DNA of 64,000 bases from Myxococcota bacterium (GTDB lineage Bacteria > Myxococcota_A > UBA9160 > UBA4427), in contig JAXLZA010000002.1 of the NCBI GenBank assembly GCA_046351135.1, positions 127,427 to 191,426 on the forward strand, read 5' to 3'. Every line of letters begins with the position of its first letter. Position 1 is the first letter of the stretch. Under the pieces are notes generated by a model that saw only the letters and a list, made by a program, of their open reading frames with translations, was not told where the DNA came from and searched no databases. A program made the position numbers and the translations under genes. Shown here piece after piece: positions 39,701 to 47,476 of this stretch.

Positions 39701-39915
39701 TGCTCGGGGTGCTCCCGCTGCTCGTCTCGACCGGTGCCGGCTCGGCGGCGCGTCGCTCGCTCGGCACCGCGGTCTTCGGCGGCATGCTCGTCGCGACGGC
39801 GCTGACGCTGGCGCTCGTGCCCGCGCTCTTCGTGATCGTGCAGGGCGGGGCGGAGCGATTGCGGCGACGGCTGCGGCGGGGCGGTGCGGATGGAATGGAA
39901 GGAGCAGGCGGATGA
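36712..39915 (+). CDS. RND efflux transporter permease (AcrB/HAE1-like)
   Basis: 'FVDFFIDRPIFAGVIAILITMAGL...PVSQFPPIAPPSVYVSANYSGASA' and the rest are AcrB-like. The TTG start at 36712 (GGGAG 4 nt upstream) is tentative; the track start is ATG 36667. Confidence 0.85.
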   Translation: MSTSGPIRPEPVDAGPRAPAFVDFFIDRPIFAGVIAILITMAGLISAPLLPVSQFPPIAPPSVYVSANYSGASADVVERTVTLPIEEQVNGAENMLYMSSVSANDGQMTLTVTFALGTNADIATVNVDNRVKNAEPRLPEEVRRFGVTARKQAPDLTMVVNLFSPDGSRDTLYLSNYALINVIDALKRVPGVGEISLPGERRYAMRIWLDPQKLAKLGLTSGDVVEAVREQNKQVAAGRTGAAPAPAGQQVELPLRTKGRLESVAEFEAIVVRAEPDGSLLRLRDVARVELGAQNYNGFTRLTGQPAMALGVFQVPDANALDVSRNVRAELARLAERFPPGVDWRVRYDPTQFVSESIGEVVQTLLSAVVLVFLVVWIFLQDWRTTLIPTITIPVSLIGTLAVLNAIGLSINSITLFALVLAIGLVVDDAIVVVENVARLIGRGMPRREAVRRSMGEVTSAIVASTLVLGAVFVPVAFLPGTTGLLLRQFGLAVTSAVLISLVNALTLSPALCALLMRAEGAHRGRFAAGFDRGFGRLMNRYDGTVRWLLPRPRIVIATFVVLALATAMLFRMVPSGFLPDEDQGYFMISYQLPDGAALGRSEAVATEIEAVLHDTPGIVGWNLFGAYDVLTNTSPSNVGSFFVTLAPWSERGGRDQSLQAIMGKVQPRVATIPEAMVRVLSPAPVRGLSRTGGFEFQLEDRSGGSVESLAAMAQTLIEKSRSRPELAGLFTTFRSATPQIFVDLDRAKAKALGVRVDDVFETLQTFMGGLYVNDFDRFGRPFRVYTQAESDLRASPEDVERLWVRSERGEMVPISTLVSLSRIAGPRDIPHYNVYRTATIRGQAAPGYSSGEALDAMEELAGEVLPNTMAFEWTGTAYQERQVGRESQIVLALSLMVVFLFLAAQFESWSLPLVILLAVPLAFLGALGAQMLRGMGNDLFGQIGLVTLIGLASKNSILIVEFAKRRHAEGASLVDAAREAAETRFRPVVMTALAFVLGVLPLLVSTGAGSAARRSLGTAVFGGMLVATALTLALVPALFVIVQGGAERLRRRLRRGGADGMEGAGG

Positions 39916-41231
39916 GCGCACGACGAAGCTTCGGGAGCAGGCAGGCGATCGGGACCGCGCGCGCGGGCTCGGCTTCCGTTCTCGCGGCGACGGCCGTCCT
40001 TGCGGCGTGTCTCGGCGTCGGCTGTCCCCAGGGCGCTCCGCCGGCGGCGCGAGGGCCGGCGAAGGTCCTGGTCGAGCCCGCCTCGGTCTCGCCCCTCGCC
40101 GATCGGCGCGAGTACGTCGGCAACGTGCGCGCCGTCGATCGCGTCGAGATCCGCGCCCGCGTGCGCGGCTATCTCGTCGAGCAGCTCTTCGAGGACGGGG
40201 CGCGGGTCGCGAAGGGGGCGCTCCTGTTCCGGATCGACCCGGTGCCCTTCGAGGTCGCGCTCGCCGAGGCGAAGGGCCAGCTCGCCCGGGCCCGCGCCGA
40301 GGCCGATCGCGCCGAACGCGATCTCGCCCGGGCGGAGGTCCTGTTCGAGAGCGGCGTGCTCAGCGACGAGCGGATCGACGAGCGGCGCACCGCGCGCGAG
40401 GAGACCGCCGCCGCCGTCGACGCGGCGCGCGCCGCGGTGAAGGCGGCCGAGCTCGAGCTCTCGTACGCGGCGATCCGTGCGCCGGCCGCAGGTCGCGTCG
40501 GCCGCGCCCTCGTCGACGTCGGCAACCTCGTCGGCGAGTCGAACCAGGACACGGTCCTCGCCGAGCTCGTCCAGGAGGATCCCGTCCACGTCTACTTCGC
40601 CGCACCCGAGGGCGAGGCGATCCCGCTCCTCGGTCAGGCCCCGAACGCCGGCTCCGGCAGCCCCGCGTCGATCCCGGTGCAGATCGAGCTCGGCGACGGC
40701 ACGCGTTATGCGCACGCCGGCGTCGTCGACTACGTCGAGCCGACCGTCGATGCCACGCGCGGGACGCTCTCGCTGCGTGCGCGGGTCCCGAATCCGGAGG
40801 GTGTGCTGCGTCCGGGCCAGTTCGTGCGCGTCCTCGCCGAGTTCCCCGACGCCCCCTCGGCGGTCGTCGTGGCGCAGCGGGCGGTGCTCGACGAGCAGGG
40901 TGGGAGCTTCGTGCTGATCGTCGGTGCGGAGGACAAGATCGAGCGTCGGCCGGTTCGTCCGGGTCGCATGGTCGAGGGACGGCAGGAGATCCTCGAAGGT
41001 CTCGAAGGCGACGAGCGCGTCGTCGTCGACGGCATGCAGGGGGTGCGGCCGGGGGACGTCGTTGCGGTCGTTCCCGTGGCGGAGGGCGCGGCGGCTGAGG
41101 CGACGGGCGTCGCGGAGGGCGGTGCACCGGCGGCTGCGCAGGCCCCGGCGGCTGCGGGCGCGTCGACCGGGCCGACCGGTCCGTCCGGCCCGGGCATCCA
41201 GCCGGCCGCTTCGGAGAAGCGCGGCGGCTGA
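39912..41231 (+). CDS. RND efflux periplasmic adaptor (membrane fusion protein), lipoprotein
   Basis: ATGA overlap with the permease stop. Lipobox-like 'LAACLGVGC'. Contains 'YVGNVRAVDRVEIRARVRGYL', a coiled-coil hairpin and 'IRAPAAGRVGRALVDVGNLV'. Ala/Pro/Gly-rich C-terminal tail. Confidence 0.85.
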   Translation: MSARRSFGSRQAIGTARAGSASVLAATAVLAACLGVGCPQGAPPAARGPAKVLVEPASVSPLADRREYVGNVRAVDRVEIRARVRGYLVEQLFEDGARVAKGALLFRIDPVPFEVALAEAKGQLARARAEADRAERDLARAEVLFESGVLSDERIDERRTAREETAAAVDAARAAVKAAELELSYAAIRAPAAGRVGRALVDVGNLVGESNQDTVLAELVQEDPVHVYFAAPEGEAIPLLGQAPNAGSGSPASIPVQIELGDGTRYAHAGVVDYVEPTVDATRGTLSLRARVPNPEGVLRPGQFVRVLAEFPDAPSAVVVAQRAVLDEQGGSFVLIVGAEDKIERRPVRPGRMVEGRQEILEGLEGDERVVVDGMQGVRPGDVVAVVPVAEGAAAEATGVAEGGAPAAAQAPAAAGASTGPTGPSGPGIQPAASEKRGG

Positions 41232-41253
41232 AGCTCGTCTCCCGCCCCGCCCT

Positions 41254-41610
41254 TCAGCCCCCCGACGCGACCAGCACCTTCGCCTCGTGCCCCGCCGCGA
41301 GCGACGCGAACGCGTCGGCCAGGCCGTCGAGGCCGATCCCGCGCGCGTGGATCGGGCCGGCGCGGAGGCGGCCGTCGCGCATCAGGTCCATCGTGATGCG
41401 GAACTCGTGGTGGTGATGGGCCGTCGAGTTGTCCAGCACGAGCTCCTTCGTGATGCAGGCGAGGGGATCGAGTCGGACGCCCGCGTGGCCCACGCCGATC
41501 AGCATGAAGGCGCCGCCGGGGCGCGCCTCGGGCTCGGGGACCTCGCGGGCCTCGAGCCGCTCGCGGCCGGTGATCAGGACGGCGTGCACGGGGAGACCTC
41601 CGCCCGTCAA
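41254..41610 (-). pseudogene. internally deleted remnant of a zinc-type medium-chain alcohol dehydrogenase (MDR)
   Basis: The 118-aa ORF joins an MDR N-terminus ('VHAVLITGRERLEAREVPEPEARPG') directly to an MDR C-terminus ('FMLIGV...ITKELVLDNS...EFRITMDLMRDGRL...PIHARGIGLDGLADAFASL...AKVLV'). The Zn-binding and Rossmann segments (about 200 aa) are absent. Confidence 0.5.
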
Positions 41611-41611
41611 T

Positions 41612-41998
41612 CTAGTCGGTCGGCGGTGGGGGCGTCAGGCGATCGATGAGGCGGCCGAACGTGAGGGAGAGAGCCGACGCCGCGATCCCCGTCACGACGG
41701 ACTCGAACAGGAACGGACCGAAGCGGCCGGCGTGGACGACGGCATCGGCCGCGGTCGTGCCGAGGCCGAGCAGCAGCGCGACGGTCGCGCGGCGCTCGTT
41801 TCGGGCGAGCGCCAGGGCGGCGGAGGTCGCGAGGGCGGCGAGGGCACCGGTCCGGGAGGCGACGAGCCAGTGGGCCCCGGTCAGCGCGAATGGATTGCCC
41901 TGCACCATCGCGAGCAGGCAGGCGGTCGTCGCCTCCGCGAACTGCTCCGCGAACGGCTGGACACGCTTTCGGATCCCGTCGCCCGGCCTCGAATCCAT
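41612..41998 (-). CDS. small hydrophobic membrane protein, family unknown
   Basis: 128 aa. Very high G/C third-position bias. Three or four predicted TM segments. Its stop is 1 nt before the downstream ORF. Confidence 0.55.
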   Translation of the reverse strand: MDSRPGDGIRKRVQPFAEQFAEATTACLLAMVQGNPFALTGAHWLVASRTGALAALATSAALALARNERRATVALLLGLGTTAADAVVHAGRFGPFLFESVVTGIAASALSLTFGRLIDRLTPPPPTD

Positions 41999-42086
41999 CG
42001 CTGGCTCCGCCGCTCGGATGCCGCGCGCGGCGCCGCGGTCACGCGTGCGATCGCGCGCTCGATCCCGCTCCCGGTCGCGGCCGAGC

Positions 42087-43004
42087 TCACACCCGGCCGA
42101 GCAGCTTCTCGACCAGGAAGCCGCGGCCCTGCTCGGCGAGCTGCTCGAGGCGGGACTTGTTGCTGTAGAGCGTCATGTGGGACGTGTCGCGGCAGAGGAA
42201 GAGACGTTTGTCGGGGGTCGCGATCCCGTTGAAGACGTCGATCTCCTCCTCCCAGAGCGTGATGTCGTCCTTCTCGGCGACGCTCATCAGCACGGGCGTC
42301 CGGAGGATGCGCCGCAGGAAGGGACGCACGTCGTAGCTCATCAGGAGCTCGGTCGAGGCGATCGTGTTCCAGTGCTCGTGGGTGGGCGCGACGGTGTTCT
42401 TGAACTGGAGGAAAGCGCTCGTCACCTCGGGAAAGGGCCAGGTCGAGAGCTCCCGCGTCGGATCCGGCGTCGACATCGGCATCGTCCCGTGCCGGCCCGT
42501 CGCGAGGCGCTTGCGCCGGTCCTCGAGGATCAGGGTCTCGAGTCGGCGAAAGGCGAGGGCGCCGTGGACGCTCTGCATCGTCCGCCAGCCGTCGACGACG
42601 GGGATGTTCGAGACGACGCACTGCACGCGGGGATCCGTCGCGGCGACGATCAGGACGTGGCCGCCGCTGTACGAGATGCCCCAGATCCCGATGCGCGACG
42701 CGTCGAGCTCGGGCCGCGTCTCGACGAAGCTGATCGCGTTCTTGTAGTCGTCGATCTGGGCCCAGGGATCGATGTGCTGGCGGGGCTCGCCGTCGCTCGT
42801 CCCGAAGCCCCGGTAGTCGAAGACCAGCGCGGCGATGCCCGCGGCGGCGAAGATCCGGGCGTACTCGGGCTGGACCAGCTCCTTCACATAACACCAGCCC
42901 CCCGCCATCACGACGACCGGATGCGGGCCCGGCCCGGCCGGGAGGTAGAGATGGGCGCGGATCTTCGTGCCCGCGCTCGGGAAGTCGACGTCGAGGGGCT
43001 GCAT
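42087..43004 (-). CDS. alpha/beta hydrolase
   Basis: ATG at 43004 ('MQPLDVDFPSAGTKIRAHLYLP'). Contains 'HPVVVMAGGW' and the nucleophile elbow 'GIWGISYSGGH'. Confidence 0.8.
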   Translation of the reverse strand: MQPLDVDFPSAGTKIRAHLYLPAGPGPHPVVVMAGGWCYVKELVQPEYARIFAAAGIAALVFDYRGFGTSDGEPRQHIDPWAQIDDYKNAISFVETRPELDASRIGIWGISYSGGHVLIVAATDPRVQCVVSNIPVVDGWRTMQSVHGALAFRRLETLILEDRRKRLATGRHGTMPMSTPDPTRELSTWPFPEVTSAFLQFKNTVAPTHEHWNTIASTELLMSYDVRPFLRRILRTPVLMSVAEKDDITLWEEEIDVFNGIATPDKRLFLCRDTSHMTLYSNKSRLEQLAEQGRGFLVEKLLGRV

Positions 43005-43146
43005 GGGGCTCCTTTCGCGCGGGTGCGGAGGGCTTCTCGGCATGGCTAGAGTGACGGATGCCGTCCGGACTGACAAATCGGGGGCGGCGGATTGCGCCGC
43101 GGAAGCGACGGACGCACGGGGGCGACGGGCCGAGCAGGAGGATCCG

Positions 43147-44250
43147 ATGGAAGCGAGCGACACGACCGCCGCCCTGGCCGCCGAGGCGGCGAAGAGCCTG
43201 AACGAGCGCGGCTTCGCGATCCTCGATCGGATCGCCGACCCGGCGATCATGGACCAGCTGCAGGCGGAGGTGAAGCCGTGGGCCGATCGGGCCGAGCGGC
43301 TCCAGCTCAAGTTCTTCGGGGGCGGGCTGCGCAAGGTCGAGTCGGTGCTGACGAAGTCGCGGGCCTTCGTGACGCTGCTCGCGCATCCGGTGCTCCATGC
43401 GGTGAACGAGCGGATCCTCGGGCCCGAGTCGCTGCTGAACGGCTCCTCGGTCTTCATCCTCGAGCAGGGCGGCCGCGAGCAGACGATCCACACCGACGGC
43501 GCGATCTACGAGCCGATGCTTCCGCGCGCGCCGGGCGGGCCCCACTACCTGCTCGTCTTCATGTGGGCCGTCACCGACTTCACGCGGGAGAACGGCGCGA
43601 CCCGGGTGATCCCCGGCAGCCATCTCTGGCCGGCGGGGCGGCATCCCCGGCCCGACGACCCGATCGAGTATCTCGAGATGAAGAAGGGCTCGGCGGCGAT
43701 CTGGCTCGGCTCGACCTATCACGCGGCGAGCTCGAACCACACGCCCTCGGCGCGCATCGGGACCCAGATGGGCTTCAACTGCGGCTGGCTGCGGCCCCAC
43801 GAGGCGAACCTCCTGCTGGTCCCGCCGCTCGTCGCCCGGGACATGCCGCTCGCCGTCCAGGAGGTCCTCGGCTACCGCGCCTATCGCGGCATGCTCGGCT
43901 GCATCGAGCAGCAGAGCCCCGGCGAGTGGCTCGGCATCCAGGCGAGCCTCGGCTCGAAGAGCAACCAGGTCGCCGCGACCCCCGATCCCTTCGACGTCGA
44001 GGCCTGCACCCGCGACTACTTCGCGACCCGCGGCCTCCCGATTCCGTCCGACGTGAAGAGCGAGCTCGACCAGCTCGCGGCGACGAACGCCGCCCGCGCG
44101 GCCGCCGCGTCCGAGGACGACCGCGAGGTCCTCGAGGTCGTGGCGCGCTCCCAGTCGCGACATCTCGTGAGCCACGTGCTCGCCGGCGAGCACGGCGCGC
44201 TCGCCGACCGGTTGCGAGCGCTCCCGATCGCGCAGGCAGGCCCCGGTTAG
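43147..44250 (+). CDS. phytanoyl-CoA dioxygenase (PhyH) family Fe(II)/2-oxoglutarate oxygenase with a C-terminal extension of about 110 aa
   Basis: ATG at 43147 follows GGAGGA. Motifs 'QTIHTDG' (HxD), 'ENGATRVIPGSH' and 'HAASSN'. Confidence 0.8.
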   Translation: MEASDTTAALAAEAAKSLNERGFAILDRIADPAIMDQLQAEVKPWADRAERLQLKFFGGGLRKVESVLTKSRAFVTLLAHPVLHAVNERILGPESLLNGSSVFILEQGGREQTIHTDGAIYEPMLPRAPGGPHYLLVFMWAVTDFTRENGATRVIPGSHLWPAGRHPRPDDPIEYLEMKKGSAAIWLGSTYHAASSNHTPSARIGTQMGFNCGWLRPHEANLLLVPPLVARDMPLAVQEVLGYRAYRGMLGCIEQQSPGEWLGIQASLGSKSNQVAATPDPFDVEACTRDYFATRGLPIPSDVKSELDQLAATNAARAAAASEDDREVLEVVARSQSRHLVSHVLAGEHGALADRLRALPIAQAGPG

Positions 44251-44312
44251 GCCCGCACCTCGCCTTCGATCCGACCGTCCCGCCGTCTTCGACTGCCTGC
44301 CAAGGAGAACCG

Positions 44313-45242
44313 ATGAGCCCGACCGACGCCCGCCCGTATCGAGCCGCGATCTGCACCGTGACGCCCTACGACGATCAGGGCCGCCTCGACGAGGCGGCCG
44401 TCGTCTCCCTCGTCGAACGCATCGCGAGCCGCGGCCTCGGCCTCGCGATCGGGACCGCGTCTCCGGGCGAGGGCTTCGCGATGTCCCTCGACGAGACCGC
44501 GAGCTTCTACGAGACCGTCGTCAAGACCGCCGCCGGCCGGGTCCCCGTCTGTGCGATGGGCGTCGAGCCGCGCAACGCGAACCAGCTGCGGCCGATCGTG
44601 CGCATCGCCGAGAAGGCGAAGGTCGACGTCATGCAGCTCTACACCGCCGACCCCGGCCACTCGATGAAGCTGACCGACCGCGAGCTCGAGCGCTTCTTCT
44701 CGACGCTGCTCGGCGAGATGACGATCCCCGCCGCGATCTCGACCCACGTCTACAACGGCCTCGTCCCGCTCCCGGTCCTCGCCCGACTGCTCGACGCCTT
44801 CCCGAACATCATTCGGATCCACTGCACGAGCGAGGTCAACTATCTCCACCAGCTGGTCCAGATCGCCGCGGGCCGCTGCGAGATCCTGGTCGGGGGGCCG
44901 ATGCAGGCGCTCTCGACCCTCGCGATCGGGGGCCACGGCTTCCTCTGCTCCGAGGGCAACATCGCCCCCGTCGTCTGCAGCGAGCTCCAGTCGGCGGTGC
45001 GCGCCGGCGACCTCGAGGCGGCCAAGACCGCCTATCGCCAGCTGAACGGCGTCTTCAGCCTCAACATCTGGCCCGGGGGCAGCGTCCGCTTCCTCAAGAC
45101 GGCGATGCGGCTGCTCGGGATTCCGGGCTCCGCGACGCGGCCGCCCTTCGAGCATCTCGACGAGGCGGCGACGGCGATCGCGCTGCGCTCGATGCGCGCG
45201 CTCGATCTGCCGGAGTGGCGCGGGAAGCTGCCCCAGGCTTGA
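44313..45242 (+). CDS. DapA/N-acetylneuraminate-lyase (class I aldolase) family protein lacking the canonical Schiff-base lysine
   Basis: AAGGAGA precedes ATG 44313. 'AIGTASPGEGFAMSLDE', 'VYNGL' and 'GGHGFLCSEGNIAP' align to DapA 'GTTGES', 'LYNVP' and 'GGHGVISVTANVA'. 'PNIIRIHCTSE' aligns to E. coli 'KNIIGIKEATG' with His (44820-44822) at the Lys161 position. Confidence 0.8.
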   Translation: MSPTDARPYRAAICTVTPYDDQGRLDEAAVVSLVERIASRGLGLAIGTASPGEGFAMSLDETASFYETVVKTAAGRVPVCAMGVEPRNANQLRPIVRIAEKAKVDVMQLYTADPGHSMKLTDRELERFFSTLLGEMTIPAAISTHVYNGLVPLPVLARLLDAFPNIIRIHCTSEVNYLHQLVQIAAGRCEILVGGPMQALSTLAIGGHGFLCSEGNIAPVVCSELQSAVRAGDLEAAKTAYRQLNGVFSLNIWPGGSVRFLKTAMRLLGIPGSATRPPFEHLDEAATAIALRSMRALDLPEWRGKLPQA

Positions 45243-45252
45243 GACACCACGG

Positions 45253-45272
45253 CGCGGGTCGCTCGACCCGCG
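45253..45272 (+). terminator. possible stem-loop between convergent genes (weak terminator candidate)
   Basis: An 8-bp GC-rich stem cgcgggtc/gacccgcg with tetraloop gctc, 11 nt after the DapA-like stop. No U-tract follows. Confidence 0.25.
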
Positions 45273-45379
45273 TGGTCCCGGTCTTGCGGGGCGACCCCGT
45301 TCGGTCGCTCGGCCCGCCCACCCTCGCCGGCGAGCCCGGACCCGAAGGTCCCGAGCCCGCCGGCGATTCGGCTCCCCCG

Positions 45380-47272
45380 TCAGTCGTCGCCGCGGCGCGT
45401 GCGCCCTCGCACGCCCGGGGCGCCGGTGGTCGTTCCGCTCGACGGGCTCGTGACCCGTCCCTTGGCGGCGCGGATCCGCGCGTCGTCGTCTCCGCCCGAG
45501 GTCTCGTCGTCGTCCTCGTCCTCGCATTCCCCGGACATCGTGACCGCGACCGGCGTCGCGAGGGTCCAGCTCGCGCTCCCGACCTCGGCGCGGATACCGA
45601 TCGAGGTCGGTGCGACGGCCGGGCTCGCGGTGCCTTCGAAGCGCCCGGTCCGGTCCGTCACCGGGAAGATCCCGAGCAGCGCCCCGTCGCGTTCGTCCGA
45701 GGCGACGATGTGGCCGCCGATCGGCCCGCGTCGGCCCGAGATGCGGGTCGTCGTCCTGGCGCAGTCGACGGTCGCGCGCACACGGGTCAGCAGGACCTGA
45801 TCGCAGTCGGCCGGTGCGCCCCGCACCGGGATCGGCGCGCTCGTCGCGCCGCCGCTGCCGACGGCGACCGAGCAGGGGGCGATGAAGGGCTCGAGGTCGA
45901 TCGCGAAGCGACCCGAGCGCGACCCGCGCCGGGAGCCGAGCAGGACCTGGCTGCCGTCGGAGAGGACGGCGAAGACGTCGAGCGACCCGCGCACCCCGCG
46001 CTCGCGGGCGACCGCGGCGCTCGTCGCCGCCGGCGTCGCGAGCGAGCCCTGGAGGAAGAGCCGCCCACCGTTCGCGCTCCACGCGGCGTCGTCGAGTCGC
46101 GGCGCGGTGGCGCTCGTCGCGTCGAGGGCGGCGAGGGAGAAGGTCTCCGCGTCGCTCTCGGCGGGCGTGCCGGCGTCGGTCGCGGTGCACGTCACGCTGA
46201 CGCGCGCCGCGGCGGTCGGGGCCCAGACGATCTCGCCGGTGCCGTCGCCCATGTCGGTGAAGATCGCGTCGGCGGGGAGGCCGGCGCAGTCGAGGACGAG
46301 CGGATCGGCATCGGGATCGGTCGCGGAGAGCGCGACGCGCAGCTCGCTGCCGAGCTGGACCTGGCGGTTGCCGATCGCCGCGAGCACCGGCGGCCGGTTG
46401 ATGCGGCCGACGGAGATCACGATCGACTCCGCGTCGGAGGCGGCGGGCGTGCCGCCGTCGGTGACCTGGAAGGTCACGGCGTGCTGGCCGACCTGCGACG
46501 CATCGGGCGTCCAGAGGAAGCTCGCGCCGACGAGGCTCGCGCCGGTCGGCAGGCCCGTCGCCGAGAAGGTGAGCGGCTGGCCCTCGGGATCCTGGGCCGA
46601 GAGATCGAAGGCGAGGGTCTGGCCCGGATCGAGCTGCTGGTTGCCGATCGGCGCGAGCACGGGCGGCCGGTTCGCGGCCTGGCCGACGGCGATCGTCACG
46701 TCCATCGACGCGACGCCCATCGGCGTCCCGGTATCCGAGGCATGGAAGGTCACGGTATGCGCCCCGAGCTGCGCCGCGGTCGGCGTCCAGACGAAGCGAC
46801 CCGTCCGGTTGCCGGCGTCGGTGAAGCTCGCGCCGGCCGGTGCATTGGCGACGCTCAGCAGGATCGCGCCGCCTTCGGGATCGGTCGCGGAGACGGTGAG
46901 GGCGAAGGACGAGCCGACCGTCGCGCTCTGGGCGGAGACGGCGGTGAAGACGGGCGGCCGGTTCGCGACGGCGGCCGAGCAGAAGGGCGACACGTCGGTG
47001 TGGCCCGAGCGGCGGAACTGATCGCCTCCCGTCGTCAGGCTCGCATTCGGGCTCGAGGCGTTGGTATGGCAGAGCCCGCAGTTGACCTGCGAGGCGCTGT
47101 TGGCGTTGCCGCCGTTCGGGTTGAAGGGCCTGGCCGGCGTCCAGCCGTTGGCCGTGCAGGTCGTGTCGACGTAGGTCCCGTAGCTGGGAAACGCGGAGGC
47201 CGCGTGGCCCGAGAGCAGCGTCAGGGACAGGGCCCAGCCGCCGACGCCTCGCCAGATCGATCGATGGAACAT
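45380..47272 (-). CDS. secreted protein: N-terminal Cys-rich module with one CXXCH, three cadherin-like/putative-Ig (He_PIG-type) repeats, two beta-sandwich-like segments, acidic tail
   Basis: GGGAGG lies 5 nt upstream of ATG 47272. Signal peptide 'WALSLTLLSGHAASA'. 'CGLCH' is encoded at 47066-47080. Three 'NRPPV...DP(E/D)G..L......P.GA.......G...W.P...' repeats. Confidence 0.8.
   Translation of the reverse strand: MFHRSIWRGVGGWALSLTLLSGHAASAFPSYGTYVDTTCTANGWTPARPFNPNGGNANSASQVNCGLCHTNASSPNASLTTGGDQFRRSGHTDVSPFCSAAVANRPPVFTAVSAQSATVGSSFALTVSATDPEGGAILLSVANAPAGASFTDAGNRTGRFVWTPTAAQLGAHTVTFHASDTGTPMGVASMDVTIAVGQAANRPPVLAPIGNQQLDPGQTLAFDLSAQDPEGQPLTFSATGLPTGASLVGASFLWTPDASQVGQHAVTFQVTDGGTPAASDAESIVISVGRINRPPVLAAIGNRQVQLGSELRVALSATDPDADPLVLDCAGLPADAIFTDMGDGTGEIVWAPTAAARVSVTCTATDAGTPAESDAETFSLAALDATSATAPRLDDAAWSANGGRLFLQGSLATPAATSAAVARERGVRGSLDVFAVLSDGSQVLLGSRRGSRSGRFAIDLEPFIAPCSVAVGSGGATSAPIPVRGAPADCDQVLLTRVRATVDCARTTTRISGRRGPIGGHIVASDERDGALLGIFPVTDRTGRFEGTASPAVAPTSIGIRAEVGSASWTLATPVAVTMSGECEDEDDDETSGGDDDARIRAAKGRVTSPSSGTTTGAPGVRGRTRRGDD
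46124..46963 (-). repeat. three tandem coding repeats of about 92-97 aa (cadherin-like / putative Ig domains)
   Basis: Each repeat starts 'NRPPVFTAV', 'NRPPVLAPI' or 'NRPPVLAAI', and each has 'ATDPEGG', 'AQDPEGQ' or 'ATDPDAD' and 'W(T/A)P' motifs. Confidence 0.8.
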
Positions 47273-47476
47273 CCTCGCCTCCCGCGCGTCGAGTCCGACG
47301 GCGCATCCGATTGAGTGCAGTCGGGGAGGTCATCGGCTCGCGTTGCGGATGCGCGCGTGGCCCGCCTCACCGGCGCCCGCGATGCAGCCGAAGGCGAATG
47401 GGATGCAGCTCACGCAGAGGTCCGTCGAATGGGCCCGGCGTCACCGGATCGTCGCCGCGCGGATCGGCGAGGCGAT

